Source of the DNA: an uncultured archaeon
Lineage (GTDB): Archaea > Aenigmatarchaeota > Aenigmatarchaeia > QMZS01
DNA length: 45,902 nucleotides
Direction: 5' to 3'
Assembly (NCBI GenBank): GCA_964562245.1
Contig: CAZLSF010000001.1
Span: 1-45,902 of the forward strand
Below the pieces are notes generated by a model. It was not told the DNA's origin and made no database searches. It saw nothing but the letters and a program-made list of their open reading frames with translations. How positions within the stretch are numbered: the stretch's first letter is position 1; every line of letters starts with the position of its first letter. Made by a program: the position numbers and the translations under genes. Positions 34,735 through 43,985 of this stretch are shown in pieces.

Positions 34735-35148
34735 CTATTTTTTGATTAATTCCTGTCTCTCAAGATAAGAATTTAAATGTGATTTATCTCTAAAAAATCC
34801 GCCTCCTGATTTTCTATATAAATCCTTATAAATTGTTTTTTCAATTTTGTCAGTGTCAAGTAATCTTTTTAATTCTGCCCTCAAACCGCGAATTTTTGTA
34901 ATCCATCTCCTTTTTTTACCTAAACGAGAATACTTTGCTCCTTTCCTGCTCCCTACTCCTTTTTTAACTCTTTTGCGAATTGATAAATTTTTCTTTTCGG
35001 GAAGTTTCTTTATTGCCTTTTTCTTGATTAATTCCCTGAAATCCGCGGCAGTTATTGATTCTTCTATTTCTTTTTTCTTTGTATAATCAAACCAGACCTT
35101 ATTTTTTCCTACTTTCAATACTCTTGCCGCCAGTTTTTTCCTATCCAT
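34735..35148 (-). CDS. rpl19e: 50S ribosomal protein eL19 (L19e)
   Basis: From the ATG at 35148: MDRKKLAARVLKVGKNKVWFD...GSRKGAKYSRLGKKRRWITKIRGLR. The 17 upstream codons in the track ORF are probably not translated. Confidence 0.9.
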   Translation of the reverse strand: MDRKKLAARVLKVGKNKVWFDYTKKKEIEESITAADFRELIKKKAIKKLPEKKNLSIRKRVKKGVGSRKGAKYSRLGKKRRWITKIRGLRAELKRLLDTDKIEKTIYKDLYRKSGGGFFRDKSHLNSYLERQELIKK

Positions 35149-35262
35149 AAATTCATTTATTAAAAAATAAAAGTATCCTAAATAAAAATAATTACTCAAA
35201 ATTTACTAATAAATAACACTTATCTGAAGAAAAATCAAAATAAATTAAAAATAAATTAATTA

Positions 35263-36459
35263 TTAATTACCGCAACCACCTGTTGAAGCTGTTCCTGTAC
35301 CGCCGCCAAATCCTGGTGATGTCGGACTATTTGAAAGTGTTTCCTCGCATTCTGCTGGAGGTGTTTCAAATGCTGAACAAATTGCTTCTTTATATGCTTC
35401 AGGTGACCTGCTCACACTAACAATTTTGTCATTAATCACCATTGTTGGTGAACCCTGAACTCCGTAAGCATCATTATCTTCTTTTTCAACATAAAACATT
35501 GGGAATCTCCCGCTTGCCCATGTATTTTTGTCATTATACATATTGGTTATATTAAATTCTTTGTCTATCCTTGCTACGCAGGAATCAAGTTTTGTCTTAT
35601 CTACATTTGACTCATTAAGACATGATTCATAATCACCAGATTCTGTGAAACAAGCCAAGTATTTTAAAAATACTCCCTTCTGTTCTTCCTGTATACAATA
35701 CATTCTCAGGTTTTCATCAAGTTCTTTCTTGCCATGCATTGCGTAACTTACGAAATTTAATGTCATATCTGCCTTTCCGTCCAATAATTTATATGCAGGT
35801 ATTGCTGCTTTCATCGCCTGTAAACCAAAAGGACAATAAGACATTATAAACAATTTTACCTTAGGTTTCTCTGTTTTTGGAATTTCATCCAATTTTTGTT
35901 CCTGCTGTTGATTTTGCTGTTCCTCTGCCGCCTTCTTCAAAGCTGCAAATTCTTTCATTGGAATTCCCTGAGGGAATAAATATTCACCATCGCTTGTGAT
36001 GTAAGATTCTGCAACTTGTGAAGCTTTGCCATCTGAAAGGTTCAACTCAACTTTGTACAAAGATCCGCCGTTTATTTCCTCTGTTGAAACCAATTTTGCT
36101 GAAACGCCCGGACTCAATAAATTGGTTGTAATGAATTCCACTGCTTTGTTCCCCGCTTCTTGTGAATTCATGGATTGTGTTGATGTTGAATCTGGATTTA
36201 AATATTGTGTTGATGTTGAACCTGAACTTAACAGCATACCAACAAGTAAACCAATAGCCATACCACCTACAAATAAAAGAACTGCGAATATTTTATAATT
36301 CATTTTTAGAGTACTTTTAGTTGTTGGTTCTTTTATTTTAGTATCTTCCTTTTTTTCCACTATTTTTTCTTCTTTTGATTTTTTTGTTTCTGTTGGTTCT
36401 TTTGTTTTAGTATCTTCCTTTTTTTCCACTATTTTTTCTTCTTTTGATTTTTTTGACAT
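35263..36459 (-). CDS. membrane-anchored extracytoplasmic thioredoxin-fold protein (DsbA/GILT-like), K/E-rich repeated N-terminus
   Basis: N-terminal cytoplasmic K/E/T repeats, then one TM helix (IFAVLLFVGGMAIGLLVGMLL). The thioredoxin-like segment is KVKLFIMSYCPFGLQAMKAAIPAY...NFVSYAMHG...CIQEE, followed by further conserved-looking Cys. The tail is Gly-rich. The family call is by pattern only. Confidence 0.5.
   Translation of the reverse strand: MSKKSKEEKIVEKKEDTKTKEPTETKKSKEEKIVEKKEDTKIKEPTTKSTLKMNYKIFAVLLFVGGMAIGLLVGMLLSSGSTSTQYLNPDSTSTQSMNSQEAGNKAVEFITTNLLSPGVSAKLVSTEEINGGSLYKVELNLSDGKASQVAESYITSDGEYLFPQGIPMKEFAALKKAAEEQQNQQQEQKLDEIPKTEKPKVKLFIMSYCPFGLQAMKAAIPAYKLLDGKADMTLNFVSYAMHGKKELDENLRMYCIQEEQKGVFLKYLACFTESGDYESCLNESNVDKTKLDSCVARIDKEFNITNMYNDKNTWASGRFPMFYVEKEDNDAYGVQGSPTMVINDKIVSVSRSPEAYKEAICSAFETPPAECEETLSNSPTSPGFGGGTGTASTGGCGN
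36322..36453. repeat. 69-bp tandem duplication (2 near-identical copies) in the 5' end of the thioredoxin-fold gene
   Basis: Encodes KKSKEEKIVEKKEDTK(T/I)KEPT twice (residues 3-23 and 26-46). The DNA copies differ at only a few positions. Confidence 0.9.
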
Positions 36460-36751
36460 AACTTAATAGAAAAATAATTAAAAATAAGAATTAACACAAT
36501 AAATTATAGAACCTTGTATTTGATGATGCTATATTAATACAAAAAAGAATATATAGATTTCTATTATAAAAACTATATATCAAACATCCAAAATCTATAT
36601 ATAATTGTTTTTCGTCATAAAGAAATGAGATACTACGATACAGATTCTGAAGAAGACGGTGAAGAAGATTTAGATGAATAATAACTAGACTTCATGGGTG
36701 CATACATCTTTTATTTTTTGATTTTTGGTTATTTAATTTATTTATTTTATT

Positions 36752-37114
36752 ATGGTATTCTGGTGTTTAAAAAGCAGGCGAAAAAGTACTGGGGGAAGAG
36801 CCCTTACAAATAGGAAAAAGAAGAAGTTTGAGAGAGGGGGGTATTTCATTCCTATAAAAATAGGTGCAAGAAAAATTAGCGTTAATCGCACAAAAGGCGG
36901 CAATTACAAAATAAAAATGCTCAATGCTGAATTTGTGAATGTTGATGGAAAAAAGCATAAAATCCTGCAAGTTATTAAAAACAATGCAAATTTCAGGTTT
37001 AATAGGGAAAAAATAAGCACAAAAGGAGCAATTATTGAAACCGAGAAAGGTCATGTGAGAGTTACGAGTAGACCAGGACAGGATGGTATAGTTAATGGGA
37101 TTTTTGTTGAATAG
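36752..37114 (+). CDS. rps8e: 30S ribosomal protein eS8 (S8e)
   Basis: KSRRKSTGGR...KKKKFERGG...VRVTSRPGQDGIVNGIFVE. Confidence 0.9.
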   Translation: MVFWCLKSRRKSTGGRALTNRKKKKFERGGYFIPIKIGARKISVNRTKGGNYKIKMLNAEFVNVDGKKHKILQVIKNNANFRFNREKISTKGAIIETEKGHVRVTSRPGQDGIVNGIFVE

Positions 37115-37138
37115 ATTTAAGACTTTCTGAAAATTAAG

Positions 37139-37705
37139 CTATATTTTATTATTTTTGATAAACCAGTTTGCGAACTTTTCTTCAACATTGCCAAAAAATC
37201 GAGATATTTTTTCGGGGTTGGTTTCCCTTAAATAGCCAATCACTTCTTTTTCTCCATCTGGAATAAAAATTGAATCTATTAAAGAACCTTTAAGATTATA
37301 TTTTTTAATTATAGTTCCTTTGGTTTTGCCTGAAAAAGTTATTGGTTCTTTTCCGGGCTCGCAGAAACTAAAAGCATAGACTAAATAGGCTTTCCTGTTT
37401 ATTTCATTTTCCATTAATCTCATAAACTTTTCAATTCCAAGTTTTTTGTGAAATTGGTTTGTGTATACTCCGGGCAAACCATTTAAAGCATCTACAAAAA
37501 GACCTGTATCCGCTTTTATCGTTGGTTTCCTGACTTTTTCAGCAACCCACTTTGCGCTAAACTCCGCAACTTCTTCGCAGGTATCTGCCTGAATTTCAGG
37601 AATTCCAAAATTCTTTTCAATCTTAATGTTAATCCCGAATTTTTCAATTACTTTTTTCATCCCATCTACTTTTCGCTCATTATTTATAAAAAAGAATATT
37701 TCCAT
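37139..37705 (-). CDS. non-canonical purine NTP pyrophosphatase (Ham1/RdgB/ITPase family)
   Basis: IFFFINNERKVDGMKKV (TGNxxK-like), PEIQADTCEEVAEFSAKWVA, and ADTGLFVDALNGLPGVYTNQF (the DSGL..DAL.G.PGVYS motif). The track start at 37711 is TTG; the ATG is at 37705. Confidence 0.85.
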   Translation of the reverse strand: MEIFFFINNERKVDGMKKVIEKFGINIKIEKNFGIPEIQADTCEEVAEFSAKWVAEKVRKPTIKADTGLFVDALNGLPGVYTNQFHKKLGIEKFMRLMENEINRKAYLVYAFSFCEPGKEPITFSGKTKGTIIKKYNLKGSLIDSIFIPDGEKEVIGYLRETNPEKISRFFGNVEEKFANWFIKNNKI

Positions 37706-37746
37706 AAACAATTGTTACTTTATTCAATTTATTAGAATCTCTAAAT

Positions 37747-39078
37747 TCAATATCTCCTTCGCCTGTTTGGTTTATTTGATCTTTTTTTATCACTTGGTCC
37801 TGAACTGCTTCGACTTCTATAATTTCCTGAACGGTTTCCGCCAAAGTTACTGCTTTTTTCACTACCAAAATTATTTCTTCTCTCAAAACCTCCTTGTGCG
37901 CTAAATCCTCCTCCATTTCTTCTTCGGGTTCCCATGCTTCTTTGTTGAATAAGGTTTCGGTCAAACCTGATGCTTGGCACCTTCGGCACACCTGTGCTTT
38001 TTATTTCCAATTTTTTATCTGATAAAACATTCCTAAAATTATCATAATCTCTTTCGCACAAGATTGTTATTGCCTCGCCGTTTTTTCCTGCTCTTGCTGT
38101 TCTTCCAATCCTATGAATATAATCTTCTGAGGTTTTTGGAACATCATAATTGTAAACTTGAGTAACATTCTTTATATCTAAACCTCTTGCCGCAACATCT
38201 GTTGCCACAAGAATCTGTATTTTTTCCTTTTTCAAAGAATCCAAAGCATGAATTCTTTTGTTTTGGGTAAGACCTCCGTGAATAGCCATTGCGTGAATAC
38301 CATTCTGCTTTAGATTTGCGGTAAGGTGATCTACTTCCCTCCTTGTGCCGCAAAAAATAAGAGATAATCCGTCTGTTTTTTTATTAAGCAAATGCATCAA
38401 TAAAGAAAATTTCCTTCTCCTGCCAACATCATAATATACTTGATTAAGTTTGCTCTTATCAATCTTGATCTGAGCTTTTAGAATTAAAGGTGATTTTAAA
38501 TATTTTTTTACAACAGACTGAACATTATTGGGTATTGTGGCGCTAAACAAAAGAGTCTGCCTGTTTTTAGGAACTTTGCTTATAATCTTATCAACATCAT
38601 CTCTAAATCCCATATCAAACATCCTATCAACTTCATCAAGCACAAGATATTTTACAGAGTTAAGATTTATTGAATTTCGGTTTAAATGGTCTAAAAGTCT
38701 GCCTGGAGTTGCCACCACCAATTCAGAGATCTTTAAGTCATGGATCTGCTTCCTGATATCAACTCCTCCATAAATTGCTGTCGTTCTGAGACCTTTTTCC
38801 TTCCCAAAATCATCAAATACCTCCTTCACCTGCATGCAAAGTTCTCTTGTTGGTGTTAAAACAAGCGATTGTATTCCTTTTTTTGAAAAGGTTTTCTCTA
38901 TAAGCGGTATTCCAAATGCAACTGTCTTCCCAGAACCTGTTACAGACTGACCTACTATATCCTTTCCTTTTTTTATTGCAGGTATGCATTTTTCCTGTAT
39001 TTCTGTGGGTTTCTGAAACCCTTCTTTTTTTATTCTTCTAAGAATAATCGGGTCAATCCCTAAATCTTCGAACTTCAT
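37747..39078 (-). CDS. DEAD-box ATP-dependent RNA helicase with R/G/S-rich C-terminal tail
   Basis: Q-motif region GFQKPTEIQ. Motif I is SVTGSGKT. Motif II is DEVD (a DEAD variant). Motif III is SAT. Motif VI is HRIGRTARAG. The tail is RRRNGGGFSAQGGFERRNNFG.... Confidence 0.95.
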   Translation of the reverse strand: MKFEDLGIDPIILRRIKKEGFQKPTEIQEKCIPAIKKGKDIVGQSVTGSGKTVAFGIPLIEKTFSKKGIQSLVLTPTRELCMQVKEVFDDFGKEKGLRTTAIYGGVDIRKQIHDLKISELVVATPGRLLDHLNRNSINLNSVKYLVLDEVDRMFDMGFRDDVDKIISKVPKNRQTLLFSATIPNNVQSVVKKYLKSPLILKAQIKIDKSKLNQVYYDVGRRRKFSLLMHLLNKKTDGLSLIFCGTRREVDHLTANLKQNGIHAMAIHGGLTQNKRIHALDSLKKEKIQILVATDVAARGLDIKNVTQVYNYDVPKTSEDYIHRIGRTARAGKNGEAITILCERDYDNFRNVLSDKKLEIKSTGVPKVPSIRFDRNLIQQRSMGTRRRNGGGFSAQGGFERRNNFGSEKSSNFGGNRSGNYRSRSSSGPSDKKRSNKPNRRRRY

Positions 39079-39316
39079 TAATAGTAATGTATTTCTTTTA
39101 TATTATGACCTTTTTTTACTCCTATTTAGAAAAGAAAATTTTGGGTTTTAAAAACCTGATTTAAATAGAGTTGCAGGGATTTTTGGCAAATAAGATAATC
39201 CATTCTCTAAATACACTCTACTTTACTTAGTAATCTTTATAAATTATAAATAAACAGATTTTATCTTTTTTAGAAAAGAAATCTAAATTACTTGTTAAAA
39301 ATATCCTTTAATTAAA

Positions 39317-39490
39317 GCAATTTTCGTGTATGGTTCTGCTGCGAGAAAAAACAAGAAGCCGAATGACATTGACTGCATCAGGAACTTTTTAGTGCATCAA
39401 TATGGAAATATTGATAATGAAATTGCGTTTGAATATATTATAACATGTCTGGAAGATTTTGAAAGAATTTTCAAGGAAATAAAAAAATAA
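39317..39490 (+). pseudogene. in-frame fused relic of a nucleotidyltransferase (MNT) / HEPN (DUF86) toxin-antitoxin pair
   Basis: Open frame with no start codon. AIFVYGSAARKNKKPNDID is an MNT N-terminal GSxxR...D.D motif. It is joined directly to CIRNFLVHQYGNIDNEIAFEYI...LEDFERIFKEI, which is a HEPN RNxxxH motif and C-terminus. Confidence 0.6.
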
Positions 39491-39505
39491 TTAAAACCAA
39501 AAGAT

Positions 39506-41938
39506 CTAAGAAGTGTACTCAATTTCCTCAGCTTTGGCTTTATTTACTAATGGTGTATGTGTTGCCTTTTCAAACTCTTCATAACTTTTTATCAGTTTCT
39601 CAGAAATTGAAGGTCTCATATTCTTTAGGATTTCATCAAAATGTTTCTTTGTGACTTTATCAATACCTTTACCTTCTATATTTTCTCTCAAGGCAAGCAT
39701 TGTCGCTTCTTTACACAAAGATTCCAAGTCAGCCCCAGAGAAATTCTTTGTTTTTTTTGCAATTTCCTCAAGATCCACATTTTTATCAATAGGTATATTT
39801 TTTGTGTGAACTTTCAGAATTTCAATTCTTCCTTTTTCATCTGGAGCAGAAATTAATATGTGCCTGTCAAATCTTCCGGGTCGCAACAAAGAATTATCAA
39901 CAATGTCTGGCCTATTTGTTGCCGCCATTATTACAACACCCTTAATTTCTTCAATACCGCTCATTTCCGTCAATAACTGGGAGACTAAAGTATCAACAAC
40001 CTCTGTCCTGCTTGTTCCTCTTGAATGGGTCATTGCATCAATCTCATCAAAGAAAATTATTGAAGGAGCTGACTGTTTTGCTTTCCTGAAAATTTCCCTC
40101 AACTTTTTTTCGCTTTCGCCAACCCATTTGCTTAACAACTCAGGACCTTTCACAGAAATAAAATTTGCTCCAGATTCATTTGCGACTGCTTTTGCTATCA
40201 GAGTTTTTCCTGTTCCTGGAGGACCATAAAGCAAGATTCCTTTTGGAGGAGTTAAATTAAATTTATCAAATTGGTCAGGATATTTTAAAGGCCATTCAAC
40301 AACTTCTTTTAATTTCTGTTTAACTTTTTCAAGTCCTCCAACATCAGACCATTTCACTTTTGGTATTTCAATCAGAACTTCCCTCAGCGCGGAAGGTTCT
40401 ACCTTCTGCATTGCATAATCAAAATCCACTTTTTTTATAATTAACTTTTCCATCTGTTCTTCTGATAATTCATGTCCTTTAAGAGAAGAAATATCCGGCA
40501 ATACCCTTCTTAAAGTATGCATTGCAGCCTCTTTGCACAAAGCTTCAAGATCTGCACCAACATAACCATGAGTTTTTTCTGATAATTCCTTAAGCAATAA
40601 CTCTCTCAATTTTTCAGTAACCTTGTCATACACCTTTTCTTCCTTCAAAATTTCTATCAAGTTCTTCTTTTCTGACTTTTTTATCCTTTCTATAACCTTC
40701 TGCGCATCTTTTTCCGTCTCAAGAACTTTCAGTATATTGGTTTTCGTATACTCGGGTTTTATAGGCATATTCCTTGAATGAATCTGTAGTATTTCAAATC
40801 TGCCCTCGCTGTTTGGAATCCCAATCATAATTTCCCTGTCAAATCTTCCTGGTCTTCTTAAAGCAGGGTCTAAAGAATCAGGTCGGTTTGTTGCGCCAAT
40901 CACAATTACCTGACCTCTTGTTTTTAATCCGTCCATTAAAGTTAATAATTGAGATACAACTCTTCTCTCAACTTCTCCTGAAACTTCTTCTCTCTTCGGA
41001 GCAATTGCGTCAATTTCATCAATAAATATTATTGAAGGTGCATTTTTCTCAGCATCATCAAATATTTTCCTTAGGTTTTCTTCTGACTGCCCATACCACT
41101 TGCTCATAATCTCCGGTCCGGCAATTGGAAAAAACTTTGCGCCGGATTCATTTGCGACTGCTTTTGCCAATAGAGTTTTTCCTGTTCCTGGAGGACCGTG
41201 TAATAAAACACCTTTTGGTGGTTTAACCCCCAATATCTCAAAAGGTTTCTTGTGCCTCAATGGCAACTCAATAACTTCTCTCACAGAATCTATTTCTCTT
41301 TTCAAACCCCCAAGGTCATCATAGGTAACACCAGAAATATTTTCCTCTTCCTTGACCTCAACAGCCTCTGATATAATCTCTACATTTGTTGTTTCGCCAA
41401 TAAACCCTCCTTCTTTAGGGGAAACATCAACAACAACAAATTTTATATCCCCAAGAGGATTAAAAGAACGAACATTCTCTCCAAAAAAACTATCAAAAAA
41501 ATCATCAAGAAACTCTGAGTCTCTTCTTTTCATGACAGTTGGAACAAAAAGATCTCCTTTTGACACTGGTCTTTTATATAAATTTTGGACTATAAATCCG
41601 GGATCAATTCTTACCATAACACCTTTTTGGGCAGGAGCAATTACTATTTTTTTTGCTTCCGTCAACTCGGCTTTTCTTACCTTGACTCTTTCTCCAACAC
41701 CAGTCTGACAATTCTTTCTTGAAATCCCATCAATCCTGATAATATCCAAACCAACATCGCTTGGATAAGATCTTAGAGCAATCAAATAAGTTTTCCTCTT
41801 TCCTTCAACTTCAATATATTCTCCTTCCCTAATACCAAGTTTCATCATAAAATTAGATCCTAATCTCGCAATTCCTTTTCCATAATCCTGCCTGTTTTCA
41901 GATAAACCCCCAACAGTTAATTTTAAATTCTCACCCAT
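39506..41938 (-). CDS. cdc48: CDC48/VCP-like AAA+ ATPase (N domain plus D1 plus D2)
   Basis: Double-psi-barrel N domain ([25 protein letters not shown]...). Two Walker A motifs GPPGTGKT(L), two Walker B motifs IIF(I/F)DEID, and two second regions of homology. Confidence 0.95.
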   Translation of the reverse strand: MGENLKLTVGGLSENRQDYGKGIARLGSNFMMKLGIREGEYIEVEGKRKTYLIALRSYPSDVGLDIIRIDGISRKNCQTGVGERVKVRKAELTEAKKIVIAPAQKGVMVRIDPGFIVQNLYKRPVSKGDLFVPTVMKRRDSEFLDDFFDSFFGENVRSFNPLGDIKFVVVDVSPKEGGFIGETTNVEIISEAVEVKEEENISGVTYDDLGGLKREIDSVREVIELPLRHKKPFEILGVKPPKGVLLHGPPGTGKTLLAKAVANESGAKFFPIAGPEIMSKWYGQSEENLRKIFDDAEKNAPSIIFIDEIDAIAPKREEVSGEVERRVVSQLLTLMDGLKTRGQVIVIGATNRPDSLDPALRRPGRFDREIMIGIPNSEGRFEILQIHSRNMPIKPEYTKTNILKVLETEKDAQKVIERIKKSEKKNLIEILKEEKVYDKVTEKLRELLLKELSEKTHGYVGADLEALCKEAAMHTLRRVLPDISSLKGHELSEEQMEKLIIKKVDFDYAMQKVEPSALREVLIEIPKVKWSDVGGLEKVKQKLKEVVEWPLKYPDQFDKFNLTPPKGILLYGPPGTGKTLIAKAVANESGANFISVKGPELLSKWVGESEKKLREIFRKAKQSAPSIIFFDEIDAMTHSRGTSRTEVVDTLVSQLLTEMSGIEEIKGVVIMAATNRPDIVDNSLLRPGRFDRHILISAPDEKGRIEILKVHTKNIPIDKNVDLEEIAKKTKNFSGADLESLCKEATMLALRENIEGKGIDKVTKKHFDEILKNMRPSISEKLIKSYEEFEKATHTPLVNKAKAEEIEYTS

Positions 41939-41969
41939 AATAATATTATAATAAATTATAAATTACAAA

Positions 41970-42389
41970 TTACTGAATTATTGGGATAAATTGAGTTTTC
42001 CCCTTGCACTCGACAACCTCCACCATAAATCCCTTTATATCCTCATAATTATTCTCTATTATATCTTTATCAAAAGTTATCTCAGTTGGAGTATTTGCTT
42101 CAAAAGGACCTTTTATTTTTTTTATAAAAGCTTTTTGATTAGTGCCAAGAAAAATATAAAGATTATACGCATTTACGCTGGTTCCTATGTTTTGCACAGT
42201 AAAGGTACCCGCATCATAATCATAGTTGTAATAAGTCAAATCCAATTTACTGCAGGTTTCCATAGATCCGAGTTCTGATTGCGTGTAGTTCATAGCCCAA
42301 GTTCCTACAATTGCCGCAATGGCTACACTAATAACTATTAGAAGTACGCTTGCGACTATAGGAGAAATTCCCTTTAACCCTTGCAACAT
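41970..42389 (-). CDS. archaeal type IV pilin-like protein (class III signal peptide, DUF361-type)
   Basis: MLQGLKG|ISPIVASVLLIVISVAIAAIVGTWA. Confidence 0.8.
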   Translation of the reverse strand: MLQGLKGISPIVASVLLIVISVAIAAIVGTWAMNYTQSELGSMETCSKLDLTYYNYDYDAGTFTVQNIGTSVNAYNLYIFLGTNQKAFIKKIKGPFEANTPTEITFDKDIIENNYEDIKGFMVEVVECKGKTQFIPIIQ

Positions 42390-42447
42390 AATATATATAA
42401 GTATTTATTCAAAAAGAATGTATTTAATTTTATTAAAATAATTTTAT

Positions 42448-42668
42448 GCCACGGTAGCTCAAGCTTACCCTTTTCTTTTCCGAAAGGAAAAGACTAAAGT
42501 TCACCCAAAAGAAAAGGAGATTATTCACACTCCAAAATGTATTCGGAATAAAAGGGAAGGAGCAATCCGGTAGAGCACCGGTCTTGTAAACCGAAGGTTG
42601 AGGGTTCAACGCAACCTTTTTCTACGCAATTATTTAAAAAGGTATAAGTGGAAATCCCTCCCGTGGCT
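42448..42668 (+). tRNA. tRNA-Thr (anticodon UGU) interrupted by two introns (D-loop ~42463-42565; T-loop ~42610-42653)
   Basis: The exons assemble into 74 nt. Acceptor stem GCCACGG/CCGUGGC. D stem GCUC/GAGC. Anticodon stem CCGGU/ACCGA (27:43 is a C-A mismatch) with loop CUUGUAA. T stem GAGGG/CCCUC with loop UUCAAAU. Discriminator U. The D-intron ends pair (CUU(A)CCCUUUU...AAAAGGGAAG). The T-intron has an 8-bp internal stem ACCUUUUU/AAAAAGGU. Confidence 0.75.
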
Positions 42669-42727
42669 GATTTATTAAGGTTATATGTCCACACCCTTGT
42701 TAAAGTAATAGTAAAACAAAAAAAAGC

Positions 42728-43885
42728 ATGGACATATACGAAAGATTGAGGAAAAGAAAAATATCCGAGAGCAATAAAAGAGTTATTAAGCAATTTATTA
42801 AGAATAGAGAAAGTGAAGGAATACAGGAAAGGAGATTATCAAAGTATGAATATATGTTGTCTGTTTTTGCGGGAGTTGTTAAAAAGGATATTTCTAAAGT
42901 TGGTGAAAAAGATCTAAGAAAATTCACAACATGGTTATTGGAACAGAAATTATCAGAGAACACAAAAATAACTTTTAAGATAGTTATAAAAACTTTCTTT
43001 AGAAACTTTGTATTTGGTGGTGAACTGCCAAAAAAGTTTAGAGAAATTCTGAAAGCAAAAAGGATTACAAACAATCTAACTCCTCAGGATTTATGGTCTA
43101 TGGAAGATATACAAAAATTACTTAATCAAACTCAAAATATAAGAAGAAAGGCTATGATAATGGTCTTATTTGAGGGGGGATTGAGAGCTGGTGAATTGCT
43201 ATCTCTTCGTGTAGGTGATATTGAGTTTACAAATTGGGGTTGCAGGATTTTTGTTCCGGAATCAAAGACAAAAACAAGAAGTCTGCCTTTATTTAATTCT
43301 GCTCCTTTGTTAAGTCAATATTTAAGAACTCATCCTAAAAGAGAAGATAAAACTATTTCCCTTTGGCTTAATGATAAAGGTAAACCTATGAAATATCCTG
43401 CTTTAAGAAAAATGCTAAATGATTTAAAAGATAAGGCAGGTTTCCAAAATAAGAGAATATTTGCTCATTTACTCAGGCACTCAAAACTTACAGTTTTATC
43501 TCAGCAACTAAAATCAGCAGAGTTAAAAGAATTTGCAGGATGGACTTCCATAAAAATGGTGGATACTTATTCTCACTTAAATTGTGAAAATGTAGAAGAG
43601 AAACTATTAGAACAACAGGGAATTAAAATTAAGAGTAAAAAAGAAATATATAATCCAATAAAGTGTCCGAGATGCAATCAACAAAATGAATATAATGCTA
43701 AATACTGTAATTCCTGTGGGTTAATTCTTGGAAAAACAGCAATAGAGGAAGTGAAGAAAATAGAAACTTTAGATAACCTAAGTACTGAAGCCTTAAAGAA
43801 AGAAAATGTTCGGGAAGCCTTTAAAGAAGCAATAAAGGAATTGATTAAAGAGAATCCTGATATTTTGAAAGGATTAAATTTATAA
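42728..43885 (+). CDS. tyrosine recombinase/integrase with C-terminal zinc ribbon
   Basis: Catalytic set: GGLRAGE (Arg), SKTKT (Lys hairpin), HLLRHS (HxxR), GW, and MVDTYSHL (Tyr). The C-terminal extension carries CPRCNQQNEYNAKYCNSCG. The gene starts 60 nt after the tRNA-Thr(UGU). Confidence 0.9.
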   Translation: MDIYERLRKRKISESNKRVIKQFIKNRESEGIQERRLSKYEYMLSVFAGVVKKDISKVGEKDLRKFTTWLLEQKLSENTKITFKIVIKTFFRNFVFGGELPKKFREILKAKRITNNLTPQDLWSMEDIQKLLNQTQNIRRKAMIMVLFEGGLRAGELLSLRVGDIEFTNWGCRIFVPESKTKTRSLPLFNSAPLLSQYLRTHPKREDKTISLWLNDKGKPMKYPALRKMLNDLKDKAGFQNKRIFAHLLRHSKLTVLSQQLKSAELKEFAGWTSIKMVDTYSHLNCENVEEKLLEQQGIKIKSKKEIYNPIKCPRCNQQNEYNAKYCNSCGLILGKTAIEEVKKIETLDNLSTEALKKENVREAFKEAIKELIKENPDILKGLNL

Positions 43886-43896
43886 ATATTGTGTTA

Positions 43897-43980
43897 CAAA
43901 GAACTACTTTGAACTACAAATGTATAGCATTGTATTACTTTTGGATACAAAAGTATTTAAAATAAATACTTTGTAATACA
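43897..43980. promoter_or_regulatory. candidate operator/promoter region upstream of the RHH gene
   Basis: Direct repeat gaactac at 43901-43907 and 43911-43917. Inverted repeat tgtattac (43931-43938) / gtaataca (43973-43980). An inner imperfect palindrome aaagtattt-aaaat-aaatacttt overlaps an AT-rich TATA-like stretch. Confidence 0.3.
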
Positions 43981-43985
43981 TATTT

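Noticed and set aside
36625-36681. 18-codon acidic micro-ORF (MRYYDTDSEEDGEEDLDE) upstream of eS8.
   Set aside because: It is too short to support without conservation or expression data. It could equally be chance in a 290-bp spacer.
15343-37711. Several ORF-track start coordinates are TTG or GTG codons: 15343, 19836, 20443, 27930, 28688, 29014 and 37711. At 35199 the start is too far upstream of the conserved N-terminus.
   Set aside because: Checking the DNA shows these starts are non-ATG or add non-conserved leader residues. Downstream ATG codons give N-termini matching the protein families, so I adjusted the starts to 15349, 19854, 20470, 27996, 35148 and 37705.
37680-37991. Minus-strand ORF of 103 aa that overlaps the 3' end of the DEAD-box helicase gene in another frame.
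   Set aside because: The helicase frame continues through this region as a typical R/G/S-rich tail. The alternative frame has no start context or motifs.
40201-41197. Identical 25-bp DNA segment gagtttttcctgttcctggaggacc at 40201-40225 and 41173-41197.
   Set aside because: Both copies encode (on the minus strand) the GPPGTGKT Walker A loops of the D2 and D1 domains of CDC48. This is paralogous domain conservation, not a mobile or regulatory repeat.
42521-43074. Minus-strand ORFs 42521..42793 and 42700..43074.
   Set aside because: They overlap the tRNA-Thr(UGU) gene and the 5' end of the well-supported integrase gene. They have no recognisable motifs.
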